A stretch of 64,000 nt of DNA, taken from assembly GCA_018060845.1 (NCBI GenBank), contig JAGOVG010000003.1:21759-85758 (forward strand). Reading direction: 5' to 3'. Source of the DNA: Candidatus Woesebacteria bacterium (GTDB taxonomy: Bacteria > Patescibacteriota > Microgenomatia > UBA1400 > UBA12108). Numbering within the stretch: the first letter of the stretch is position 1; the number at the start of each line of letters is the position of its first letter. The notes under the pieces are model-generated. The model was not told where the DNA came from, searched no databases, and saw only the letters and a program-made list of their open reading frames with translations. The translations under genes were made by a program, and so were the position numbers. This document shows, one piece after another, positions 1 to 8,367 of the stretch.

Positions 1-347
1 TTACGACAGACCTCTTAAAGAGTCTAGGTGGCACCCACCAAATCGCCAACTTTAGCGCCGGCTCCTACGCGAGTCCTGCTAGCTGGTCTGGTAGCGAAAC
101 AGGTTTTGGCTACACTAGCTCCGACACCACTATCCAGGGTTCAAACAAGTTTAGCTCGGGCACACTCTACGCTCCCTTTACCCAAACTGGCCCCGGCGAC
201 ATCGTGGCTGACCATACTAGCACTGTTACAGGGACAAGTATTAGCAATGAAGCCTTTAATATAACCTACAAAGTCAAAGTCCCGAGTGACCAGGCAGCCA
301 CCAACTACACTAGTACCGTCGTCTACACCGCAACCGCTCAGTACTAA
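1..347 (+). CDS. 3' end of secreted Thr/Ser-rich surface protein (cassette A, gene 1). Partial, 5' end outside window.
   Basis: Open frame 3 from position 3 to TAA at 345-347 with no internal stops. Ends ...TNYTSTVVYTATAQY and contains GFGY. The C-terminal Y-x-A-T-(P/G)-x-(Y/F) motif is shared with ORFs 1267-2349, 19634-20362 and 21294-22712. Confidence 0.5.
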   Translation, partial: TTDLLKSLGGTHQIANFSAGSYASPASWSGSETGFGYTSSDTTIQGSNKFSSGTLYAPFTQTGPGDIVADHTSTVTGTSISNEAFNITYKVKVPSDQAATNYTSTVVYTATAQY

Positions 348-365
348 GACTGCTATAGTATATTC

Positions 366-1406
366 ATGCGCTATCTTTTGCTCCTACTTTTACCTTTCAC
401 CTTTTTACTTTTTCCTAGCTCGCTCGCTCATGCGAGCGAAAGCGCTCTCTCCGCCTCCCCCGCTATTCTGGAGACTGTCCTAGAATTAGATAAAGCAACA
501 ACTACTAGTGTCACAATCCAAAATAACACTAACTTCCCCCTGCCGATCAAAGGTAGTGTTAGCGCGTTTTTGAGCACCGAAAAAATAAACGATGAAAACA
601 AAGATACCTTTAACGCTAGTCGCTGGTTTACCCTAGAGCCGGCCGACTTTATTCTCCAACCAAATGAGGTCAAAAAAGTCGAGGTAAAGATCAATCCCCC
701 AAAGGGTGCAGAACCTGGAGGCCACTATGCAACAATCTATTTTCGACCACTAATTCCTCAAGATGCGGTAAGCTCCGGTAGTACCATTTCGCTCGCGCGT
801 ATCGGGATCCTCGCCATGATGATCGTCCCTGGTGATATCGAGACAACACTCGCTAGTAGTCCCGTCTCTGCTCCACTCTGGAGTAGCTTTGGGCCAGTCA
901 AGTTCTTTAGCACCCTAACCAACGATGGTTCCGTTCACCTCCTCCCTAGTAGCACACTAACTATTACTAATGTCTGGGGTCAAAAAGTAACCGAGCTCAA
1001 ATCCGATCCCTCGATCGTGCTCCCACACACCACCAAAGAGAACAACTTTGTCTGGGACAAAAAACTCGGTCTAGGTCCATATTCAGCAACTTTGACCACA
1101 ATATATGGTACTGACGAAAAACCAATAATATCTGACCCCGTGGTCATTTACCTTCTCCCCTGGCCTCTCATTCTTGCCACATTTGTTCTATTGACATTCG
1201 TGTATAAAATCTTCATAGTAAATCGTAGGAGATTAGCGCTCGCTATTCGTGTACTCAAAGGACAATATGAACCGCCAGAAACTATTCAAAAAAACCCTAG
1301 CCACCACACTCGCTCTCGCACTAGGCTTATCCCCCCTAACACCCCTGAGTCAGCTCGGCGGAGTCCACGCAGCCAGTCTAACCGGCGGCAAAGTAAGCCT
1401 GTCTGA
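366..1406 (+). CDS. Secreted cell-surface protein with C-terminal TM anchor, PGGHY motif (cassette A, gene 2). Architecturally DUF916/CscA-like.
   Basis: N-terminal signal peptide (MRYLLLLLLPFTFLLFPSSLAHA). Motif KGAEPGGHYATIYF. C-terminal hydrophobic helix LLPWPLILATFVLLTFVY followed by a basic tail. It lies 19 nt downstream of the preceding paralog-family gene. The long basic tail overlaps the next gene by about 140 nt, so the true stop may be earlier if there is a frameshift. Confidence 0.5.
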   Translation: MRYLLLLLLPFTFLLFPSSLAHASESALSASPAILETVLELDKATTTSVTIQNNTNFPLPIKGSVSAFLSTEKINDENKDTFNASRWFTLEPADFILQPNEVKKVEVKINPPKGAEPGGHYATIYFRPLIPQDAVSSGSTISLARIGILAMMIVPGDIETTLASSPVSAPLWSSFGPVKFFSTLTNDGSVHLLPSSTLTITNVWGQKVTELKSDPSIVLPHTTKENNFVWDKKLGLGPYSATLTTIYGTDEKPIISDPVVIYLLPWPLILATFVLLTFVYKIFIVNRRRLALAIRVLKGQYEPPETIQKNPSHHTRSRTRLIPPNTPESARRSPRSQSNRRQSKPV

Positions 1407-2349
1407 TAGTAGGCCATCTGGCACCGCAGTTAGCTATGACATAGAGTTTGATAATGTAACCACTAGCGCCACAAAGTGTCTTAAGGTAGAGTTTGATACC
1501 GCAGCCGACGGCTCTGGTGGCAAGCCCACTGGAATAGATATCACGAGTGCCGCCCTCTCTGGCACCTCCGACTACATACCCACTCCTGCTTCATGGAGTG
1601 TTAGTAATAACAATACAACAGGCATTAGTAGTATCACTTATGTAACCGGCGAAACACCAGCCGGTGCCTCAGATCGCAACGTCATCTTAACTGGCATTAC
1701 TAATGGCAGTACCGCGGAGACTGGTTATTACGTTCTCTTTAGCACATACAACAACACCGACTGTACTAGTAGCGCTATAGATTCTGGCGTTGGCACTTTT
1801 ATATATGTCACAGGTCAAGCAGTCAGCTTAACCGTTGACCCCTCACTCTCTTTCAACATTGCCGCTGTTGCATCGAGTCAAGCAGTCAATAGTGCCACCA
1901 CAACCGTGACCACTACCGACGGCACCATCCCGTTTGGCACAGTCACATCAGGCGCTCTTAGTATCGCTGCTCATGATGCAACCGTTACCACCAACGCGGG
2001 CTCTGGCTACACTGTCTATATCCGCTATACCGCTGCTCCTAGTAGTGGTGCCAATAGTATCGATGACCACTCAGGTAGCAATGCCGCACCTAGCGCCATG
2101 TCTGCAGGCACCGAAGCCTTTGGTTATACAACCAATGACTCAAGTCTATCTGGCAGTGCAGCACGCTTTACCGACAGTGCGCCCGAATACGCCGCTTTCA
2201 CAACCAGTAATGCAGAGGTCGCCTACAGCGCTGCAGCTGTCTCCTCTCAAACAACTCGCATCGGTTATGCAGTGGGTATCTCCGGTACTACTCCAGCCGG
2301 CACTTATAGTTCCTCAACCGTTATAATTACCGCTACCCCTGCCTACTAA
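1267..2349 (+). CDS. Secreted Thr/Ser-rich surface protein (cassette B, gene 1)
   Basis: ATG at 1267 preceded by AAGGA. Signal peptide MNRQKLFKKTLATTLALALG...VHA. Ends TVIITATPAY. The track ORF starts at GTG 1249, and the ATG at 1267 with an RBS is preferred. Confidence 0.55.
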   Translation: MNRQKLFKKTLATTLALALGLSPLTPLSQLGGVHAASLTGGKVSLSDSRPSGTAVSYDIEFDNVTTSATKCLKVEFDTAADGSGGKPTGIDITSAALSGTSDYIPTPASWSVSNNNTTGISSITYVTGETPAGASDRNVILTGITNGSTAETGYYVLFSTYNNTDCTSSAIDSGVGTFIYVTGQAVSLTVDPSLSFNIAAVASSQAVNSATTTVTTTDGTIPFGTVTSGALSIAAHDATVTTNAGSGYTVYIRYTAAPSSGANSIDDHSGSNAAPSAMSAGTEAFGYTTNDSSLSGSAARFTDSAPEYAAFTTSNAEVAYSAAAVSSQTTRIGYAVGISGTTPAGTYSSSTVIITATPAY

Positions 2350-2407
2350 GCTATGTACTCTGCCTAACCATAATATTTAAAGCAGGGGCAAAGGCAACAA
2401 GGCAGTT

Positions 2408-3355
2408 ATGAAATCAAAAATTCTTTCAAAACTTTCACCCCTCGTCTTACTTGTACCTTTCAACTTTTACCTTGCGTCACTCGTCCTTGCCCAATCAGCT
2501 AACAGCACCCCAAGCACTGGCTTAGCCGTTACTCCTCCTACATTCGAGTTAAATGGTAACCCTGGCGACAATATCAAAAATACTGTCAGACTCGACAACA
2601 TGCATCCCTATCCCGTCGAGATTGCAGTAGATCTACGCAACTTTACGGCCGTTGGTGAGGATGGTGCAGTTGGTATCACCGAAGAGCAAAATAGTTTTAG
2701 CTTGGCTAGCTGGATCGAGATTACACCAAAAACTATCACTCTCGCCCCCAAAACCTCACAGTACTTTACCTTTAACATCAAAGTTCCGCTCCAAGCCGAA
2801 CCCGGTGGTCACTTTGGCTCGCTAATCTTCCGCACCATCCCAACCGAAAAACTCGAAGGTAGTGGTGCTAGCCTAGCCCAGGAGATCGGCGCCTTAGTAC
2901 TCTTACGTATCGCCGGTGAGACGGTCGAACAAGCCAACATCGAGAGCTTTAATCCTGTCAAAAGTTTATTTGAAAAAGGTCCAGTTGGTTTTGAGATCAG
3001 AGTCAGAAATCAAGGTAACGTCCACACCAAGCCTAGTGGCACCATCATCATTACCAACATGCTCGGAAGTCAGGTCGCAAGCGTAGTCGTTGAGCCAAAA
3101 AATATATTGCCAGCTGCTACCCGCAAACTAGAGGCAGTTTGGGATACCAAGTGGCGCCTCGGCCGCTACAGCGCCACCTACACCGCCGTTTTAAGTGACC
3201 AAACTACTCGTAGCGCCACAACTACTTTTACCATCCTCCCATACCGAGCCATAGGCGTTGCGCTCGTTATTGTCATCATTCTGATTATCATACTCAAGAA
3301 GTATCAAAAACGACTTAGCCTAGCCTGGAAGATACTTAGATCTGGTAAAGCATAG
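2408..3355 (+). CDS. Secreted surface protein with C-terminal TM anchor, PGGHF motif (cassette B, gene 2)
   Basis: Signal peptide. Motif QAEPGGHFGSLIFR. C-terminal TM GVALVIVIILIIIL followed by KKYQKR. Paralog of 366-1406 and 22712-23677, and likely also of 20365-21279. Confidence 0.55.
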   Translation: MKSKILSKLSPLVLLVPFNFYLASLVLAQSANSTPSTGLAVTPPTFELNGNPGDNIKNTVRLDNMHPYPVEIAVDLRNFTAVGEDGAVGITEEQNSFSLASWIEITPKTITLAPKTSQYFTFNIKVPLQAEPGGHFGSLIFRTIPTEKLEGSGASLAQEIGALVLLRIAGETVEQANIESFNPVKSLFEKGPVGFEIRVRNQGNVHTKPSGTIIITNMLGSQVASVVVEPKNILPAATRKLEAVWDTKWRLGRYSATYTAVLSDQTTRSATTTFTILPYRAIGVALVIVIILIIILKKYQKRLSLAWKILRSGKA

Positions 3356-3367
3356 GAGATCTCTCCC

Positions 3368-4231
3368 ATGCGATACATTGTCCCCATCCTTGCGACTTTA
3401 ACCTTTCTCCTTTCCACTATCCTCGTACGTTCCGAAAGCCTGACTGTCTCACTCGTAGTCGGCGTTACCGAAGTCGTCTTTTCTGGCTACACTAGTCCGA
3501 GCAGTCAGATTGTAATCAAAGAAGATGGTAGTGTCGTAGGCACTACCACGAGCGATAGTAGCGGCCTCTGGACCAAAACAGTCTCGGTTGCCGTCCCAAC
3601 CACTCATACCTATGAGCTCTATGCTACTGATGCGAGTAGCATCGCAAGCGCAACCATTAGCTATTCTCTAAGTGTTGCAGGCGGTACAACAACTAGTATC
3701 AGCAACATTGTAATGCCCCCAACTGTAATTCTCTCTGGAACAACCTTATCTGGTCAAAGCTATCCTGGCAGCTCACTGACCGCAACTAGTGACCTAGGCG
3801 ACACCCTAACCCTAACTGTCCCAGGTAGCGGAATGTGGTCAACGGACCTAACCACTTGGCTCACTGGCGGCCCACACAATATAAGCGTCGTTACAACCGT
3901 TGGTAGCTTTATTTCTCTCAGTAGCACTAGTCTTACCTACACTACCCCTGCTCCCTCACCGAGCCCCACTACTACTCCTAACTCTAGTTCCAGTTTGAGT
4001 CCTACTCCAACCTCATCACCATCACCTTCTCCAAGCTCAGCACCTACATCCACACCCATCCCCTACGCAATCGAGATTTATGATCAAAACCAAGATGGTC
4101 GCCTCGGCCTAGGTGAACTCATTAGCGTCATCACCAGCTGGCTCAAACAACACCTACCCTGTGACTTAAACCGTGATACTCGCTGTGATCTGATCGACCT
4201 CTCGATCTTACTTTATTACTTTGAACGCTAA
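3368..4231 (+). CDS. Secreted Ser/Thr/Pro-rich protein with C-terminal two-repeat dockerin-like module
   Basis: Signal peptide. PT-rich linker (SPSPTTTPNSSSSLSPTPTSSPSPSPSS). Two Ca-loop-like segments, DQNQDGRLGLGE and DLNRDTRCDLID, each followed by a hydrophobic helix, as in type I dockerins. Confidence 0.5.
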   Translation: MRYIVPILATLTFLLSTILVRSESLTVSLVVGVTEVVFSGYTSPSSQIVIKEDGSVVGTTTSDSSGLWTKTVSVAVPTTHTYELYATDASSIASATISYSLSVAGGTTTSISNIVMPPTVILSGTTLSGQSYPGSSLTATSDLGDTLTLTVPGSGMWSTDLTTWLTGGPHNISVVTTVGSFISLSSTSLTYTTPAPSPSPTTTPNSSSSLSPTPTSSPSPSPSSAPTSTPIPYAIEIYDQNQDGRLGLGELISVITSWLKQHLPCDLNRDTRCDLIDLSILLYYFER

Positions 4232-4249
4232 AGAGGGTAAAATGAATCT

Positions 4250-5236
4250 ATGAACATATTAACTATCGCCAAGCAAGCCTTCTCCCTCATCCTCTACCTC
4301 ATCTTGGCATTTATCCTTATCCACTTTTTAGCAGTCTTTGGAGTCTTTTTAGCGCTCGCGATCCCCCTTCTCCACCTCGCTTTTTACCCCAATATCACTT
4401 GTTTTAGCTGCCACATTAGCAAACGTCCTCATTCATTTAAACACTCACTCCTCGATGCCACACTCATCCTGCTTCTAACCCTCCTCTCAATTCCTATTAT
4501 TTATGGCGAGACTAGATTGATTAGCTATATTTTAAGCAAAAGAACGACTCCTACGATTGCAACTATTGCCGAGTTTAGTATCCCCGCTCGTTCACAGTAT
4601 CCAGTCGGCACTATTTTCCCGCTCCCCCTCGAGCTCAGGCGGATTCCCTCTGCCATCAACGTTGCCCAGGCCGACCTCGCATTTGACCCCAACCTCCTCG
4701 AAGTCGTCGACATCACAACTGATGGGACCTTTGCCGAGTTTTTTGTTCAAAAAGAATTTGATAATCAAAAAGGCTACCTTAGGTTAAGCGGCGGCATCCC
4801 CAATCCTGGGTATAACCGAGCCGACGGCCTCATTGGCACCGCCTATTTCCGCGCCAAGTCAGCCGGTGCCACAACCCTTAGATACTTAGAGAGCTCGCTC
4901 GTCCTCGCTAACGACGGCCGTGGCACCAACCTCCTCTCCGACTACCCGACCATCAACCTCATCATCACTCCGGGAACAGGTATTGGCGATGCTACATCTT
5001 CTGCCCTCACCATCAAGAACATGGTTCAGGGCGACAGCGACAAAACCGTGCTTAGCTTTACCGAATATGGCGGCGATCTCCCCAAACCGCTCAACAACGT
5101 CAATGGCACAAGCACTACTATGCCTATTCCCACCAAGCCACAGTCACTGCCCGCCGAATCCCCGCTTCTTGCTCATTTGCTCTCATTTAACCAGCAAGTA
5201 CTCAGTATCTACCGCTACCTACTCTCCAATTTATAG
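4250..5236 (+). CDS. Membrane-anchored protein with cohesin-like domain
   Basis: Three N-terminal TM helices. Then a domain resembling type I cohesin, GTIFPLPLELRRIPSAINVAQADLAFDPNLLEVVDI...GLIGTAYFRAKSAGATTL. Compare the cohesin pattern G.P.VYFRGVPSKGIANCDFVFRYDPNVLEII...GVFAKIRATVKS. It lies immediately downstream of the dockerin-bearing gene. Confidence 0.45.
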   Translation: MNILTIAKQAFSLILYLILAFILIHFLAVFGVFLALAIPLLHLAFYPNITCFSCHISKRPHSFKHSLLDATLILLLTLLSIPIIYGETRLISYILSKRTTPTIATIAEFSIPARSQYPVGTIFPLPLELRRIPSAINVAQADLAFDPNLLEVVDITTDGTFAEFFVQKEFDNQKGYLRLSGGIPNPGYNRADGLIGTAYFRAKSAGATTLRYLESSLVLANDGRGTNLLSDYPTINLIITPGTGIGDATSSALTIKNMVQGDSDKTVLSFTEYGGDLPKPLNNVNGTSTTMPIPTKPQSLPAESPLLAHLLSFNQQVLSIYRYLLSNL

Positions 5237-5583
5237 TCCCCTAGTTTAAACCATAACACTCTTTATTAATTTTAGTTTACTATCGTCTCACATCTACTTT
5301 TCCCCACAATTGTTCACATTTAATATACTACGATCACCAGATTAAAAGATCGAATTATTCACAAGATGGGATCAAAGTTACATTAAAATATTGCCTTACT
5401 TATGATCACTCTCACACCCTCTCTTATACTATCCCATAGCTATTATGCATCTTATGTCAGTATTCACGACTCAGCTAGCCGTCAACAAAACTCTGAGAGG
5501 ATCGCCTCCAAGAGCGTTTTTATCAGCAACATTGGTTCATTTGATAGCAATCAATATACCTAGTTTGCTAATTGCTCAATTTG

Positions 5584-6462
5584 CTAGGGTAGAATGATAT
5601 CTCCCTCCAAATCTGTCCGCATCACTGCCGTACCTACGCTCTCTAATCTGGCCAGTGCCTCCTTAGTCGGGTGACCATAAGTATTCCGCTCCCCTACACT
5701 GATCACTGCTATTTCTGGTCTGACAATCTCCAAGAAATCCTGGGAGCTCGCGTACTTTGACCCATGGTGACCTACTTTGAAGTAGTCAATATCATGTAGT
5801 AGACCACTCTTCACCAGTTCCTTCTCTGCCTGGAAACCCGCATCCCCCATGAGGAGAAAACGATGATTGTCCTCTAATATTTCTACAACAACACTTCGCT
5901 CATTCAAGTCACCTCTTTTGGCACTCGCTCCTAGTATCTGCTCACGAGCCACTTTATCCATTTGATCTGTAAACACCGCAACATATTCTTCGATAACTTC
6001 CGGTGGCCATAGGACCTTTAGCTCCATCTCGCTCTCACCTGACACTCTCACAACATCCCCCTGCTCCACCCCTACGACTGCAACTCCATACTCCCTGAGT
6101 TTGGCGATCATTCTATCTAGCGCCGAGCTCGCGTGTACCCCATCAGATGTTACAAACTGCATCACCTCGTATCTCTCTATTACAGAGCTCAAACCGTTCA
6201 TGTGGTCGTAATCGGTGTTGGTCAGTACTATGAGCTCAATAGTCCTATCCCAAAACGGCATATGTCGCTCCAGGCAAGATAGCATCCTCTCGCCGCTCGG
6301 CCCACCGTCCACTATTACTTGGAGACTCCCCTTAATCATCACTATCCCATCGCCCTGCCCGACGTCACAGGCAACCATGCGAAACTTAGAGTCTGGCCAC
6401 TGCAATACAACCAGCATTGCTAGTCCAACTAAGAGTCCCAGGCCATACCAATACTTCAGCAT
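5584..6462 (-). CDS. comEC: ComEC/Rec2 C-terminal metallo-beta-lactamase domain protein (separate ORF)
   Basis: Carries CDVGQGDGIVM and TNTDYDHMNGL, which is an MBL-fold HxHxDH-like motif typical of the ComEC C-terminal domain. It has its own N-terminal TM segment. Confidence 0.65.
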   Translation of the reverse strand: MLKYWYGLGLLVGLAMLVVLQWPDSKFRMVACDVGQGDGIVMIKGSLQVIVDGGPSGERMLSCLERHMPFWDRTIELIVLTNTDYDHMNGLSSVIERYEVMQFVTSDGVHASSALDRMIAKLREYGVAVVGVEQGDVVRVSGESEMELKVLWPPEVIEEYVAVFTDQMDKVAREQILGASAKRGDLNERSVVVEILEDNHRFLLMGDAGFQAEKELVKSGLLHDIDYFKVGHHGSKYASSQDFLEIVRPEIAVISVGERNTYGHPTKEALARLESVGTAVMRTDLEGDIILP

Positions 6463-6577
6463 AGCTCTATCATAGCGTGCTCTGAGAGATGGATGCCAAA
6501 TATTAATTGCTTTAGATTATAAATTTTTGTCCATACGTTAAGAAACTGTGGCGAATACTATTATCCAGCGAGTTCAA

Positions 6578-6599
6578 CCTGGTTTGGTCTCAAACCAGG
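6578..6599. other. Perfect hairpin in the gap between the two comEC ORFs
   Basis: CCTGGTTTG gtct CAAACCAGG: 9-bp stem with 4-nt loop. No adjacent U-tract. Confidence 0.4.
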
Positions 6600-6649
6600 A
6601 GTTCTACGAGCTATCGCATGAGCAAACAGTTTTAGTCGGACATCAAAAT

Positions 6650-7738
6650 TTATAAACTAATGTCACCTCCAAAGGCTCGTATCACCCACGCCATCCACCA
6701 AAGAGGCACATAAAGTAGATAAGATAGAGGAGCAACAAAGACCGAGAGAGCCGAGAGTAGCATTATCACTGGCACGACAGGCAGGATCAGAAGATTAACC
6801 AATACTCCAATCAAAGATACCCTCCCAAAGTGCCACCAAATCACTGGTGCGGTAGCGACAGTCGCCGCAAGCGTAGGGATCAGATAATCTTGGATCCACT
6901 TCCAATTTGAGAATTTGAGAATTTGTGATTTGAGAATTTCGCCTACATAAAGCAATCCAACTGTCGCTGACAGTGACAGCTGAAACCCAATATCAGCAAT
7001 AAGATCTGGTTTGACCATTAACATAATCCAGGAAGTAACCCACAATAGCCACCGAGCGTCATTCACTCTTCCCAGTATTACTCCGATCAAAGTTAGGCTC
7101 CCCATCACTCCAGCTCTAACCACCGATGGGCTCGCACCAGATAGTAATACATAACCACCTATCGCAGCAATCCCCAGCATCAGACTCCTTTGTTTACTCA
7201 GGATCCCTGTGAGAGCTCCCATTACAACAGCCGCCACCACACTCACGTTGTAGCCTGATGCCGCAATCACGTGTAGTGTTCCAGTTTTAACCAACATGTC
7301 ATAAAACTCTCTAGGCATACTCCGCTTAACACCAAGCAAGATCCCGATCGCGAGACTTGCCTGCGGCTCAGGCAAAATACCTTGTAGCCTCCCGACTGCC
7401 CAGTACCTGAGCTTTGCAATCTGCACTAGTCCCCAGTCTACTCCCTCTAATTCTCGATACTTTATACTTTCTACTTTCGAATCAATTACCCTCCCTCTCT
7501 CGTCCACTACTCCCTCTACCTCCACAATATCACCAGGCATAAAGTCTGTATAACCTTTGACTCTCACCTCCCACTCTGCTCGCTTAATCACAGTTTGGCT
7601 GTCTGTATGCTCCGGGTAATCAATTGTTGGGATGGTCAGCCTGACTCTCGTCCCCTCCACTATTCTTTCTGGCTGCCCAGTGACCAATCTAATACCCAAT
7701 ATGCTAATAAACACTAATACTAGAGCTAATCTTGTCAT
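6650..7738 (-). CDS. comEC: ComEC/Rec2 competence membrane channel domain (N-terminal OB/DUF4131 plus competence domain)
   Basis: Polytopic membrane protein with TGTLHVIAASGYNVSVVAAV, which resembles the ComEC competence-domain signature. It follows comEA on the minus strand. Confidence 0.7.
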   Translation of the reverse strand: MTRLALVLVFISILGIRLVTGQPERIVEGTRVRLTIPTIDYPEHTDSQTVIKRAEWEVRVKGYTDFMPGDIVEVEGVVDERGRVIDSKVESIKYRELEGVDWGLVQIAKLRYWAVGRLQGILPEPQASLAIGILLGVKRSMPREFYDMLVKTGTLHVIAASGYNVSVVAAVVMGALTGILSKQRSLMLGIAAIGGYVLLSGASPSVVRAGVMGSLTLIGVILGRVNDARWLLWVTSWIMLMVKPDLIADIGFQLSLSATVGLLYVGEILKSQILKFSNWKWIQDYLIPTLAATVATAPVIWWHFGRVSLIGVLVNLLILPVVPVIMLLSALSVFVAPLSYLLYVPLWWMAWVIRAFGGDISL

Positions 7739-8294
7739 ACACGCTTTGTGGTATCCGAGCTTTGCTAACTAGCTCTTCTGTTTTACTGTACGGCCTGTTA
7801 TCAACTATCGCTTGAGCTCTAGATGGACCAATACCCTCCAAGCGATCTAGCTCGCTAACACTCGCTGTATTAATATTTATTTTCTGGTTCTTCTGAGTTT
7901 CTGATACTCCGATATTCTGAGTTGTCCGATTATCTGAGTTTTCTGACTTACCAGGAATATATACCTTCTCCCCATCTTCTAGCTTTTGTGCAAGGTTAAG
8001 GTTGACTGTAATCCAAGCTCTGTCAGCACTAGCCGACAGCCCACCAGCAACTACCAGCGCGTCCCCAATCCTTGAGTTTGATGGCAATTTGTATACACCG
8101 GGTTTTTCTACGGATCCAGCGACATCCACCACTATTTCACCACCAACTTTAACCTTTTCACTTTCACCTTTCACCTTTATTATCTCCACCCTCACTTCTC
8201 TCGGCTTTACCTGATCCCATACCCCGTAAACTACTAATCCCAACCCCAATACTCCCAACAACAAAGTAACTCCCCATTTCCTCACCCACTCCAT
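7704..8294 (-). CDS. comEA: ComEA competence protein, helix-hairpin-helix DNA-binding
   Basis: N-terminal TM. SLBB-like middle region. C-terminal tandem HhH: ININTASVSELDRLEGIGPSRAQAIVDNRPYSKTEEL. Confidence 0.75.
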   Translation of the reverse strand: MEWVRKWGVTLLLGVLGLGLVVYGVWDQVKPREVRVEIIKVKGESEKVKVGGEIVVDVAGSVEKPGVYKLPSNSRIGDALVVAGGLSASADRAWITVNLNLAQKLEDGEKVYIPGKSENSDNRTTQNIGVSETQKNQKININTASVSELDRLEGIGPSRAQAIVDNRPYSKTEELVSKARIPQSVYDKISSSISVY

Positions 8295-8367
8295 ACCCTA
8301 AATATAGCACTATATATAGTGACGATAAATCCTTGACTAAACGCTCATATTCTGCCAAGCTAAGTTA

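Noticed and set aside
1249-1266. GTG start at 1249 for the 1249-2349 ORF, as in the supplied track
   Set aside because: The ATG at 1267 has an AAGGA RBS at proper spacing and begins a canonical signal peptide. The upstream 6 codons add nothing.
5491-5521. Imperfect hairpin CTCTGAGAGGATCGCCTCCAAGAG followed by CGTTTTTA, considered as a rho-independent terminator
   Set aside because: The stem has a 2x2 internal mismatch and lies 250 nt past the nearest plus-strand stop. This is too weak to call, though it may still be a weak terminator.
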